A DNA stretch of 32,000 bases from positions 960,001 through 992,000 of the forward strand of contig NC_020304.1 of assembly GCF_000341395.1 (NCBI RefSeq), given 5' to 3'. Both the position numbers and the translations under genes were made by a program. Origin of the DNA: Desulfocapsa sulfexigens DSM 10523. Its GTDB lineage: Bacteria > Desulfobacterota > Desulfobulbia > Desulfobulbales > Desulfocapsaceae. This document shows, piece by piece, positions 23,812 through 32,000 of this stretch. Every line of letters begins with the position of its first letter. The first letter of the stretch is position 1. The notes under the pieces are model-generated. The model was not told the DNA's origin. It did no database searches and was given only the letters and a program-made list of their open reading frames with translations.

Positions 23812-23930
23812 TACTTTTGTAACATCCACCTATTTGGGTGATTGTGAAAGAATTGCATCAATATTTATTCGCCCAATTCTATCCTTGAGCTCTTAGCCCG
23901 GGTGAGAAATTCAGGTTAGCCGACCACAAG

Positions 23931-24581
23931 TCAGACAGTAAGGAGGAATGACTCAATACTCTCTGCAACTTCCTGCTCCCTGCCAAGAAAAAAATGGTCA
24001 CTTCCCAAGATTTCATGGATGGTAGCATGTAACGTCACATTGTTTTTTTGTTGAATTAGAAGATTATCGTTTTCAGCAAAAAGCAGCAGAGTTTTGCAGC
24101 CTACACTCCTTAATGGTTCAAAATCGTGTTCACCCAGAGGCGGGGTAATTGCACTAAAGCTGAGAGCAGTCCCGAGTGCGGAGAGCCCAATAAAACTGCC
24201 GAAGGAGTACCCGACCAGATGGAAATTTGAAAAATACCTGGAACTCCACCGTATCACCTCTTCCGTATCACAAATGATTTCAGAAAAGTCATTTTGCTTA
24301 TCCAGCCTGTCCCAGTATTCAAACAGGGGCAGATCTGGTTCTGCCTTGAAACTTTTTCCCACCCCACGATAATTAAAGGAAAGCACCGGAAAATGATATG
24401 CCAGCGTTTCAGCCAGGGCAGAGACAACATTGTTGTCCATATTTCCTGCAAGGAGTGGATGGGGAGAACAGAGAATTACCCCCGGTTGACCGCTGTTTTC
24501 TTCCCTGTAAGTGAGCCTCCCTTCCAGACTCCCGAGCATACAGGGTATGCTTACATCCTGACTGAAATGGGAGCTCATCAA
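23931..24581 (-). CDS. Alpha/beta-fold hydrolase
   Basis: 216-aa ORF with the nucleophile elbow GYSFGS and a C-terminal GSDHFF. ATGA overlap with the preceding gene. Confidence 0.85.
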   Translation of the reverse strand: MMSSHFSQDVSIPCMLGSLEGRLTYREENSGQPGVILCSPHPLLAGNMDNNVVSALAETLAYHFPVLSFNYRGVGKSFKAEPDLPLFEYWDRLDKQNDFSEIICDTEEVIRWSSRYFSNFHLVGYSFGSFIGLSALGTALSFSAITPPLGEHDFEPLRSVGCKTLLLFAENDNLLIQQKNNVTLHATIHEILGSDHFFLGREQEVAESIESFLLTV

Positions 24582-25609
24582 TACACTCCACCACTCTTCT
24601 TTTGGTGAAAACTAAGACCTTCAATATTGCTGATCCCCTGTTCACCATCCCTCATAACCCGAACAGCAGTGTCCCGTTCAAGCATATTTAGAAGCAGAAA
24701 AGATCTGTCGAAACGGTGAAACATAATCCGGCCACGTTGCCCTTCCGGGACTGTATCTGCTAAACGTGGCGGTTCATGTTTATCTTTTGGCAAAGGGAGA
24801 AGATGCAGATGAAGTGACGGATCGTGAACAAAAAAGACAGAAGGTTCTCCCATAATCTGCTCGGATTCAAAGGTTACCCCAAAGAGACTGTTACCATATC
24901 CGGGAAGAATCACTGCAGCAGGAAAGAGCCTTGCAAGCTGCTGGCTGGTCTCACTATCCTGAGCCATACCTCCTGTGTGGATACCCGTAATCTGTAGCCG
25001 TTGCTTCTCTGTCATCTGCTTAGCAAGGACGAGGAGAAGTGGCGGGGTTGTAAAGAGAACCGTAATCTCCTGCTGATTGATAATATTTAAGGCCTGAGAG
25101 CTGAGGTGATCCATATAGAGCATATGGCCCATTGAATTCGGCTGCTGCTGCTTTACCCAACGGACATCACAGTCAATGGAAAAAGGTTCAAGACTATCAG
25201 TAGCACGGGCAAAGGCTCTTGCTGCCTGTGCAATAACATGGGGCCCTGATGGCCCGACAAAGAGCCACTTTTGATGTGTTGGAAAATGAAAGCGCCTCAC
25301 TGCCTGAAGCCAGGGAGCAACAAATGCGGCATGAAATTCTTCTGGCAAATAGACCCTGCGACACGGATTGCCTGTGGTACCACCAGTTTCAGCAAGAATC
25401 ATCTCTGCCATGCAACCGTGGAGTGAACGTGGAACAAAATCAGTAATCGGTCTGCTCCGCATTGCCTCCACATCCATGGGACCAAGCAGCTGCAGATCAT
25501 TGATTTCCTGGAAATCCCGACGCTGCAGATCTTTCCTCTTAAGAGCATCCAGCCAGTATGGTGTGCCGGTATCGGAATCAAAATGAATATCAAGGATCTG
25601 CTCAAACAT
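24578..25609 (-). CDS. PaaK / coenzyme-F390-synthetase-like adenylate-forming enzyme
   Basis: Start placed at ATG 25609 (MFEQILD), with RBS GGAGAG and an 8-nt overlap with the exporter gene. AMP-binding-type P-loop variant ETGGTTGNP. Size and layout are like small ANL-superfamily ligases. Confidence 0.75.
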   Translation of the reverse strand: MFEQILDIHFDSDTGTPYWLDALKRKDLQRRDFQEINDLQLLGPMDVEAMRSRPITDFVPRSLHGCMAEMILAETGGTTGNPCRRVYLPEEFHAAFVAPWLQAVRRFHFPTHQKWLFVGPSGPHVIAQAARAFARATDSLEPFSIDCDVRWVKQQQPNSMGHMLYMDHLSSQALNIINQQEITVLFTTPPLLLVLAKQMTEKQRLQITGIHTGGMAQDSETSQQLARLFPAAVILPGYGNSLFGVTFESEQIMGEPSVFFVHDPSLHLHLLPLPKDKHEPPRLADTVPEGQRGRIMFHRFDRSFLLLNMLERDTAVRVMRDGEQGISNIEGLSFHQKKSGGVY

Positions 25610-27578
25610 TATTTTTCTCTCCTTCCATAAGCAGGACAGGCAGGATGGACAGGTCACAGATCAGTGCCATCCACAGGGACAGACTGATCAAAAGACCAAA
25701 ATAACCAAGCGGTATAAAGGGGGAGGCCAAAAAGGCAAGAAAACCGGTACCTGTCACCAGGGTAGTGGTAATTATGGGGGCTCCTACCTCCCTGAAAACC
25801 TGATCCAGTCGCTGGCGGGGCCTCAGATGTTTATCCTGATTCTGGTAACCGTAGAGAAAATGAATGGTATCATCGACAACAACACCAAAAATAATAGAGG
25901 CAACGGTAATAGTAGCCACTGACAGCGGAATGCCAAACCAGCCCATAACGGATATCACGAGAACCACGGGCAGCAGATTTGGAACCATGGCGATCAGTCC
26001 CATCTTTATCGAACGCAGTAACAATCCGATAAGGAGGGAAATGGCAACAAAGGCCACACTGAAACTTTGCAGCATTGAAGAAAAAAGCTCCTTCTGTCCT
26101 CGCGTGTAGAGGGGGACGGATCCTGTAACGTAGGGCGTGGTCGAGTGGCCAAGATTGCTCTGAAAAAACGCTTCCATCTCATCTGCAATGGCAAGTGTTG
26201 CCTCTGAAGAGATCGTCTTTATAAGAATGGTCAAACGTTCAACCTTCTGGTTGCTCGAAAAAAAATCTGGCAGCAGCATGGTGGCACCAAGACTGACAAC
26301 CTGCTCCGATTGATTTGTCATGGTATACACATAATGGGTAATTTCAGGATGTTGAATGGCAAGCTCCTTTAAATGGCCATCAAGCTCACTTCTAAACAGT
26401 GGCTGTCGGAAAAGATCTATCTCAATGGGGGTGAGACCAACTCCAGCATCTTCAATGGCCTGATAGTTGAGACGTACCACGGAGTTATCGGTGAAAAAAT
26501 CCAAGATCAGAGATCCTTTTTGCAGGCGTCCAATACCAAATCCAGCTACAAGTAGAGCCAACAGCAAGGCAAGGAGAATTTTTCTTCTCTTTCGGAAAAG
26601 GAAAAGGCTTGTACCTGCAGGCAGAACCAGCCTTTTGGAAAAGCTACCCGGCTTCAGAAAGACCGGCACAAGAATAAAAGTGACAAGCAACGATATCAAC
26701 GTTCCAACGGCCCCCCAGAGACCAAGTTCACGAACCGGCCCATAGCTTGAAAAGAGGAGTGAGCCAAAGCCCATTGCCGTCGTTACTCCAGACAATGCAC
26801 AGGGAGGTGCAACTCTACAGAACACATTTATAGGTGTATCGCCAGGATTCCACCTTTTTATGCTGAAATGAATCCCATGGGCCATGCCGAGAATAAGGGT
26901 CAGCGGAGGCAGGGCAAGAAGAACCATATTCATTTTGACCCCACACAAGCCAATAAGTCCCACCAGGAGCACAGCCGAAAGTAACCCACAACTCAAGATC
27001 AGCAGAGCCTGCGTTCTGCATAATAGTAACACAGCAATACTCACCACCAGAAGAACGACCGGAAAAAGGACAGTGGTGGCTTTAGCCGACAGGGTATCCA
27101 GCTGTTTGGTAAGGTACCAGACACCGCCCAGATGATAGGTCTCCACCTGATGCGCCTTCATAATCGGTGGTATTTGTTTGAGTATCTCAGCCAATTGTGC
27201 AGGATTGGCCGTACCTACCGGCATAAGAGTAAGAAGACTTCCCCGTGTCCCCTGGACGGTTTCAAGTCCCACACTCCTGCAGGAACTGACATCCGGAAGG
27301 GTTTTGAGTGCTTTCCTTATCTGGACAAGAGTCAGACCTTTCACTTGCCGGGGAATAAAAATAAGCAGGGGATCTGAAATATTGGTTCGTTTTAGAAATT
27401 GCTGGTAGGCCAACCAGTCTGGAGAATCTGCTGACTGCCACACCTCAAGTGAATTATCAACCTGACTTTTCGATGCGCCATAGCCCCCGACAACAGCAAG
27501 AAACACCATCAGGATCACAACCCACAGGCGATGTCGGCGCAGATTTGCAGCAAAGCGGGAAAGTGTTGTATCCAACAT
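25602..27578 (-). CDS. MMPL/RND-superfamily membrane exporter
   Basis: 658-aa ORF. It has an N-terminal TM segment, a soluble loop and a TM bundle, and this pattern occurs twice. Sequence resembles MMPL/HpnN-type lipid exporters (for example VVDDTIHFLYGY). Confidence 0.88.
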   Translation of the reverse strand: MLDTTLSRFAANLRRHRLWVVILMVFLAVVGGYGASKSQVDNSLEVWQSADSPDWLAYQQFLKRTNISDPLLIFIPRQVKGLTLVQIRKALKTLPDVSSCRSVGLETVQGTRGSLLTLMPVGTANPAQLAEILKQIPPIMKAHQVETYHLGGVWYLTKQLDTLSAKATTVLFPVVLLVVSIAVLLLCRTQALLILSCGLLSAVLLVGLIGLCGVKMNMVLLALPPLTLILGMAHGIHFSIKRWNPGDTPINVFCRVAPPCALSGVTTAMGFGSLLFSSYGPVRELGLWGAVGTLISLLVTFILVPVFLKPGSFSKRLVLPAGTSLFLFRKRRKILLALLLALLVAGFGIGRLQKGSLILDFFTDNSVVRLNYQAIEDAGVGLTPIEIDLFRQPLFRSELDGHLKELAIQHPEITHYVYTMTNQSEQVVSLGATMLLPDFFSSNQKVERLTILIKTISSEATLAIADEMEAFFQSNLGHSTTPYVTGSVPLYTRGQKELFSSMLQSFSVAFVAISLLIGLLLRSIKMGLIAMVPNLLPVVLVISVMGWFGIPLSVATITVASIIFGVVVDDTIHFLYGYQNQDKHLRPRQRLDQVFREVGAPIITTTLVTGTGFLAFLASPFIPLGYFGLLISLSLWMALICDLSILPVLLMEGEKNNV

Positions 27579-27583
27579 AGGGA

Positions 27584-29038
27584 CTACTTTTTCCGAAATG
27601 ACACAGCCCAGGAGCCTATAAACTTCATACCAGAATTCTTCACAGCATAATTCACCCGATTTTTCACCAGATCCTTTGGCCCCTGGCCCAAAATTTCAGC
27701 CAGTGATTTCAAAAAATAATCAATCTGCTCCTCGGTGATAACCAAAGGAGGATACACCCGAAGCACTGCCCGGTTATTGAGCATCAGGGTACCGAGTATA
27801 CCATGTTGCTTGAGCAGTGCCGCTGCAACCATTCCGGGAAGATGTTCACGAAGCACTGATTTTAAACCGGGTAATTTCAATGGCAGATATTTAGCCTGAT
27901 CAATCACATCAACGTCAAATTCAATGCCTGCCATCAGGCCACGCCCCCGCACATCTTTGATCCACTCCGGATACTCGCCCTGTAGACGTTTAAGGCCATC
28001 CAGCAACTGTTTTCCACGCTCCTGAGTATTGAGCAGGAGATTCTCTTCCTGTAAGACCTCAAGAGCTGCCATGGCGGCTGCACAGGATGTTGCCCGGCCC
28101 CCGAAGGTTGATGTCTGTACAAGGCAGTCATGGGGATTTTCATATGCAGTTTGAAATACCTTGGAGGTGGTAATGGTGGCCCCAATGGTGGCCACGCCAC
28201 CCCCCAGAGACTTGGCCATGGCAACAATATCAGGAACAACCCCTTCCTGCTCACAGGCAAGGAATGTCCCGGTACGTCCCATGCCGGTCTGAATTTCATC
28301 GAGTATCAGCAATACTCCGAAACGATCGCATAATTCCCGTACCTCACGCAGATACCCAACCGGCGGAATCATAATCCCGGCCTCTCCCTGGATGGGTTCC
28401 AGAATAACCGCCGCCACCTGTTGTCTACCGTCCCGCTTGTTTTGTTCCAGCAGGTGTTCCAGTTCATCGCTCTTGCCATAGGGTACATGTTGAGCTGGAA
28501 GCGTTGGAAAAAATTCACGAAGACGTTCACTGCCGGTAACCGATAATGCCCCTATTGTTTTGCCGTGAAGCGAATTGTCCGCATAGATAAACACAGGTCG
28601 TTCCCCTTTAAAACAGCGGGATGCCATCTTTAATGCAGCCTCAACGGCTTCTGTTCCCGAGTTGCAGAAGTAGACCTTGGAGAGGTCACCGGGAAGCAGC
28701 AATGACAGATTGTGGGCCAGAAAAGCGGTATAAGGGGAGAGGAGTTCCTTGGAAAGGTCGACTCGCTGCTGATTTTGAACATCCTGCACAGCACGGATAA
28801 TTTTGGGGTGATTATGGCCAAAATTCAAGGCGCCATAGGAGGAGACAAAATCAAGAATCTCTTTGCCATCGCTTGAGGTAATTACCGCTCCCCGTGCACT
28901 CTGCGGATTTATGGCCGTATATTCACCGATCTCCAGAAGCGCCACCAGCCCAGGATTAATATGTTCACGAAATTTTTCCACTGCCTCTGTATAGGGACGC
29001 TCTGTAACTTCATCTACGGGAATCCAGTCAGTATGCAT
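27584..29038 (-). CDS. Class-III PLP-dependent aminotransferase
   Basis: 484-aa ORF with LILDEIQTGMGRTGTFLACEQEGVVPDIVAMAKSLGGG (PLP lysine in AKSLGGG) and CNSGTEAVEAALK. Confidence 0.95.
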   Translation of the reverse strand: MHTDWIPVDEVTERPYTEAVEKFREHINPGLVALLEIGEYTAINPQSARGAVITSSDGKEILDFVSSYGALNFGHNHPKIIRAVQDVQNQQRVDLSKELLSPYTAFLAHNLSLLLPGDLSKVYFCNSGTEAVEAALKMASRCFKGERPVFIYADNSLHGKTIGALSVTGSERLREFFPTLPAQHVPYGKSDELEHLLEQNKRDGRQQVAAVILEPIQGEAGIMIPPVGYLREVRELCDRFGVLLILDEIQTGMGRTGTFLACEQEGVVPDIVAMAKSLGGGVATIGATITTSKVFQTAYENPHDCLVQTSTFGGRATSCAAAMAALEVLQEENLLLNTQERGKQLLDGLKRLQGEYPEWIKDVRGRGLMAGIEFDVDVIDQAKYLPLKLPGLKSVLREHLPGMVAAALLKQHGILGTLMLNNRAVLRVYPPLVITEEQIDYFLKSLAEILGQGPKDLVKNRVNYAVKNSGMKFIGSWAVSFRKK

Positions 29039-29040
29039 TT

Positions 29041-30462
29041 TTATGGGTGAGCAAGTAGAGGTTCAAAGTGATAGGGATACTCACGGAAAAATTCTTCCAG
29101 AGCCGTTGCAGTACGCAATGCCTCCCTGGGGTTGGCCACCAGCTGAATGGCCCCCTGGAAAAAACCCTGCTGAGGCGACATTTTTCCAGAGGCAACTTGC
29201 AAAAATGTGTTGCCATCGGTGGTGTATCCAAAATTTCCTGATGATCCTCTGGCAATCCTTATCAATATCCCGTTCATAATGGTAACTGTCCAGGTAGTAT
29301 AGCCCTTGATCTCAATTTGAAGACAGGCTGAAAGGGATGCCAGATTCTTGATTAACGGCTTTCCGGTATACTGTGGTAGAAAATGAGTAAAATAGCGTTC
29401 AAGGTGAAATTGCTCATCGTGGCTGACTCCTCTGTCGAGTTCCTTTTTAGTGGAAAGAAAGATGATAAACGCGGAAAGGAGATCTTCTTCTTTAATGGCA
29501 GGCAAAACCTCCTTCCCCAGAGAATCTTCCAGATTATCTCTGGCAAACGTTGTGGTCAGATTAAGGTAGGGAGCATACACCTTCGTCTTTTTCGAGAGGA
29601 TTTTTTCTGGCCTTGTTAACTCTTCTTTCTCAACGCCGGCGGCAGTAACCCATGCAACAGCCTCCCTTGCAAAAGCCTGATTAAAAACCCGTGCCAGAGT
29701 ATCATTTGGGAGGGCTACAGCTGGTGTGAGATGGTATGTTTTCCCGTGATCACCACTTTTTTCGGCAAGATCCGCAAGTGCTAAGGCCACATCATCATTA
29801 AAGACAAAGGGCAGATGAGCCCTGGGATTCCCTTCCACCCGCAAGGTCTTGAGACGGTTTTTCCGTTTGGCACCTTCAAGACAGAGGCGAAACACCCCGT
29901 CCAAAAACACAAAAGGGCCAAAGACAGAGATACTGGCCGCAGTTGGTCTTCGTTCCAGAACAATTGATGGTCTATACACCGTATACTGTGGAGATGGTTC
30001 CTCACGCAGAACACACTCCCCTCTGTATTTGGACTCTTCATAGAAGTTATGAAAACCTTGCCCTTCCTGCAGCTGATCTTCCCGAAATTCTCCTCCCCAG
30101 TCACCGCAGACAAAGGCGGTGGACACGTGATGGAGCCAGGCTCCACTGATCAGGGCCAGTTCTTTGATATGGCGCACACCTTCAATGTTTACGGCTCCAT
30201 ACTCTTCAAGAGACTTGCCCTTGAAATCCGTTCGTGCAGCGAGATGAAAAATGCTGTCAACCTCCCGGCACAGTTGTTGCCATTCTTCGTCAGGCAAACC
30301 CAGCAAGGGTTTACTTACATCCCCTGTCAGCCAGCGCAGCTGAGAGCTGTCTGGCTCTTCGGGATGACGACAAAGAGCTGTTACCCTCTGTCCCCGCGCC
30401 AGAAGAAGATCAATTAAAGGACGGCCGATGATACCACTGCCCCCTGTCACCAGAACGGTCAT
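29041..30462 (-). CDS. Thioester / acyl-CoA-reductase-like extended SDR fused to a C-terminal SCP2 lipid-binding domain
   Basis: 473-aa ORF. Rossmann motif VTGGSGIIG. Catalytic Y-x-x-x-K (YEESK) in the N-x-Y-x-x-S-K context of terminal reductase domains. C-terminal about 110 aa with an SCP2-like pattern (GKMSPQQGFFQGAIQLVANPREALRTATALEEFF). Confidence 0.88.
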   Translation of the reverse strand: MTVLVTGGSGIIGRPLIDLLLARGQRVTALCRHPEEPDSSQLRWLTGDVSKPLLGLPDEEWQQLCREVDSIFHLAARTDFKGKSLEEYGAVNIEGVRHIKELALISGAWLHHVSTAFVCGDWGGEFREDQLQEGQGFHNFYEESKYRGECVLREEPSPQYTVYRPSIVLERRPTAASISVFGPFVFLDGVFRLCLEGAKRKNRLKTLRVEGNPRAHLPFVFNDDVALALADLAEKSGDHGKTYHLTPAVALPNDTLARVFNQAFAREAVAWVTAAGVEKEELTRPEKILSKKTKVYAPYLNLTTTFARDNLEDSLGKEVLPAIKEEDLLSAFIIFLSTKKELDRGVSHDEQFHLERYFTHFLPQYTGKPLIKNLASLSACLQIEIKGYTTWTVTIMNGILIRIARGSSGNFGYTTDGNTFLQVASGKMSPQQGFFQGAIQLVANPREALRTATALEEFFREYPYHFEPLLAHP

Positions 30463-31700
30463 GACAAATGCCCCTGACTGGCAGCTGCCTCGTTCCAGCG
30501 TTTCTGCTGCTGAAGAGTCTCCTCGGCCGTGGGAATATGGTTGACCAGCCTTCGAATATTTGCCTCCATGGTGGCGATATAACCTTTCAGCAACTCCGGA
30601 CCATTGGTCTTAAGATGCTTTGCTGCCCATCTATCACAATGACCGCAGCCTTCACAGCCGAGACGGCAATCCGGTTCCGTCCTGTGAAAATAATCAAGAA
30701 AGCCAGACAGCTCATCATTTTCAAGACTAATTTCCAGAGGATCAAGCTTCGTCCCATCAGCCTGCTTTCGAAATTGCAGCCAGTGAGGCCAACCAAGCAA
30801 GGCCAGCAAATTTCCCTTAAATTCTCCCTGCAGATAAAACCTGGCCCGATCTAACAACTCGCCACTCTCAAGTCCCCGTCCGGCAATCTTAAAATGATGG
30901 AGTCCAATTTCTTCATAGAAATGCAGATCCTCAGGACGTACCCAGGGACTGCGCATAAACTCGCCGGGGTTTTTTAGTTTCTCCAGATAACACCAGTTAA
31001 GATAATACTGATTATAGGGATGACCACAACCGTCCTTGTGAATATGACCTCCAGAAGCGGCAGTGCAATAGTGATTAAATTTAAAATGACATTGATAGAG
31101 ACAGACCGGGTTCACAACAATCTCCAGATCGACCCTGCTCCCTGGCGTCACACGGCGCAAAAAACGAAAATCGCGATTCACCTCCACGTCGAGGACAATT
31201 CGACTGGCTCCAATCTCTTCAAACTGATTAATACCACGTTTGGCCCCCACATAGCCAATGGTGGAAACAACCACCTCGAGTTCCGGGAAGCTGCTCTTGA
31301 TAATATCCACAAGATATGGTGCTGTAACTGTAACGGATGCGACTCCACAATCACAAAGGAACTGCAACAGCTCCTCAAACTCCTGGCGCCCGTCATGGGT
31401 GTACTCAAAATTGGCGTAACTGGGGGAGTTAAGCAGGTAATTGAAGGCAATATCCTGATCGAGCGCCAGACGCACATGTTTTTGAAATTCTGATCTGCTG
31501 ATAAGAGGGAGATATTTAGCGGGCCGTGCAGAATGAAAAGAGCCGTGCTGAAAAGAACCGTAGAGTTCAAAGACCCTTCCGCCACTCTCGCTATAGCGGC
31601 TGTTGAGTTCAGCAAGATCAGTAATAAAACCATCGCTAAAGCTGGTGGGCAATGTTATGCGTCTCGAAGAGAGTACCTGACTGCTTTTTTTCTGTGTCAT
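30459..31700 (-). CDS. Peptidase-U32-family protein (UbiU/UbiV/RlhA-like Fe-S enzyme family)
   Basis: 413-aa ORF. Its TIM-barrel-like pattern parallels E. coli UbiU by eye (ELLQFLCDCGVASVTVTAPYLVDIIKSSFPELEVVVST ... RRVTPGSRVDLEIVVNPVCLYQCHFKFNHYC). Extra C-terminal Cys cluster CRLGCEGCGHC. ATGA overlap with the reductase gene. Confidence 0.8.
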   Translation of the reverse strand: MTQKKSSQVLSSRRITLPTSFSDGFITDLAELNSRYSESGGRVFELYGSFQHGSFHSARPAKYLPLISRSEFQKHVRLALDQDIAFNYLLNSPSYANFEYTHDGRQEFEELLQFLCDCGVASVTVTAPYLVDIIKSSFPELEVVVSTIGYVGAKRGINQFEEIGASRIVLDVEVNRDFRFLRRVTPGSRVDLEIVVNPVCLYQCHFKFNHYCTAASGGHIHKDGCGHPYNQYYLNWCYLEKLKNPGEFMRSPWVRPEDLHFYEEIGLHHFKIAGRGLESGELLDRARFYLQGEFKGNLLALLGWPHWLQFRKQADGTKLDPLEISLENDELSGFLDYFHRTEPDCRLGCEGCGHCDRWAAKHLKTNGPELLKGYIATMEANIRRLVNHIPTAEETLQQQKRWNEAAASQGHLS

Positions 31701-31715
31701 TCGATAGTAGGTCGC

Positions 31716-32000
31716 TCAAAAAGAATCCATGGCAAAAGGGTATGACCCTATCAATGTGGCCTTTTGCGTGGAGTGATGGAAACGGTACAGGTCAATGGAT
31801 AGATCGCGACTGTACTCCTTTTGAGGAAAAATCACTGCAAAGCTTTTCTCTTCTCCCGGGGCAAGTACTGAAGAAATATTAATTTTCTTCTTTTCAACCA
31901 CTGTTCCATCAGGCTGCCGCCAGCTGAGGACAACAAAAAGCTCCTTAGTACCATAGGTTCCCGTAGGTAAATCATGGGGCAGACTGTTTTTCAGCCTAAA
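31716..32000 (-). CDS. Partial CDS (C-terminal 94 codons; the gene continues beyond the window edge), beta-rich hypothetical protein
   Basis: The minus-strand frame is open from the window edge to the stop at 31716, 15 nt before the U32 gene start. The sequence is protein-like (TKELFVVLSWRQPDGTVVEKKKINISSVLAPGEEKSFAVIF). Confidence 0.5.
   Translation of the reverse strand, partial: FRLKNSLPHDLPTGTYGTKELFVVLSWRQPDGTVVEKKKINISSVLAPGEEKSFAVIFPQKEYSRDLSIDLYRFHHSTQKATLIGSYPFAMDSF

Noticed and set aside
25610-25657. N-terminal extension of the PaaK-like ORF (MTCPSCLSCLWKERKI).
   Set aside because: It lies entirely inside the exporter gene. ATG 25609 has a GGAGAG RBS and the typical short overlap seen across this operon.
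1-32000. CRISPR arrays, tRNA, rRNA, retron or group II intron signatures.
   Set aside because: I found no regularly spaced short direct repeats, no cloverleaf-like segments and no rRNA-like stretches by eye. The only multi-copy sequences are the MITE copies and the short core sites described above. A computational scan (tRNAscan-SE, Infernal/Rfam, a CRISPR finder) would be needed to exclude them formally.

Overview
This looks like a chromosomal segment from an anaerobic, sigma-54-using bacterium. The gene content resembles Desulfobacterota, but that taxon call is inference only. Five blocks, left to right.
(1) 326-3075 (-): a histidine kinase plus NtrC-type sigma-54 response regulator pair. 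It is divergent from a roughly 9.5 kb plus-strand operon (3311-12872) that starts at a good -24/-12 promoter. The operon encodes a USP-like protein, an 80-aa protein, a 393-aa protein with a Cys/Asp...His...Cys pattern like LCIB-type beta-carbonic anhydrases, and a six-gene Ehr-type complex. Ehr is related to group-4 [NiFe]-hydrogenases and complex I, and the gene order is ehrABCDLS-like. The large subunit has no CxxC Ni-Fe ligand motifs. A canonical beta-carbonic anhydrase gene follows at 13137-13727.
(2) 13733-16464: two 178-bp palindromic MITE copies, each with its own 8-bp target duplication. They flank an orphan ATP-grasp gene and a secreted Gly/Asp-repeat protein.
(3) 16512-17531 (-): a methionine aminopeptidase with a SEC-C motif.
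(4) 17786-23579: an AT-richer integron. It has an intI integrase (+) and a divergent minus-strand cassette array: three cassettes of unknown function plus a Phd/YefM-RelE pair. The first bases of each cassette complement the core site at its own 3' end.
(5) 23931-32000 (-): a tightly coupled operon with a partial upstream gene, a U32-family enzyme, a thioester-reductase-like SDR fused to SCP2, a class-III aminotransferase, an MMPL/RND exporter, a PaaK-like adenylating enzyme and an alpha/beta hydrolase. This looks like an uncharacterised lipid or amine pathway.
I saw no rRNA, tRNA or CRISPR array. All functional calls rest on motifs read by eye. No database search was possible.
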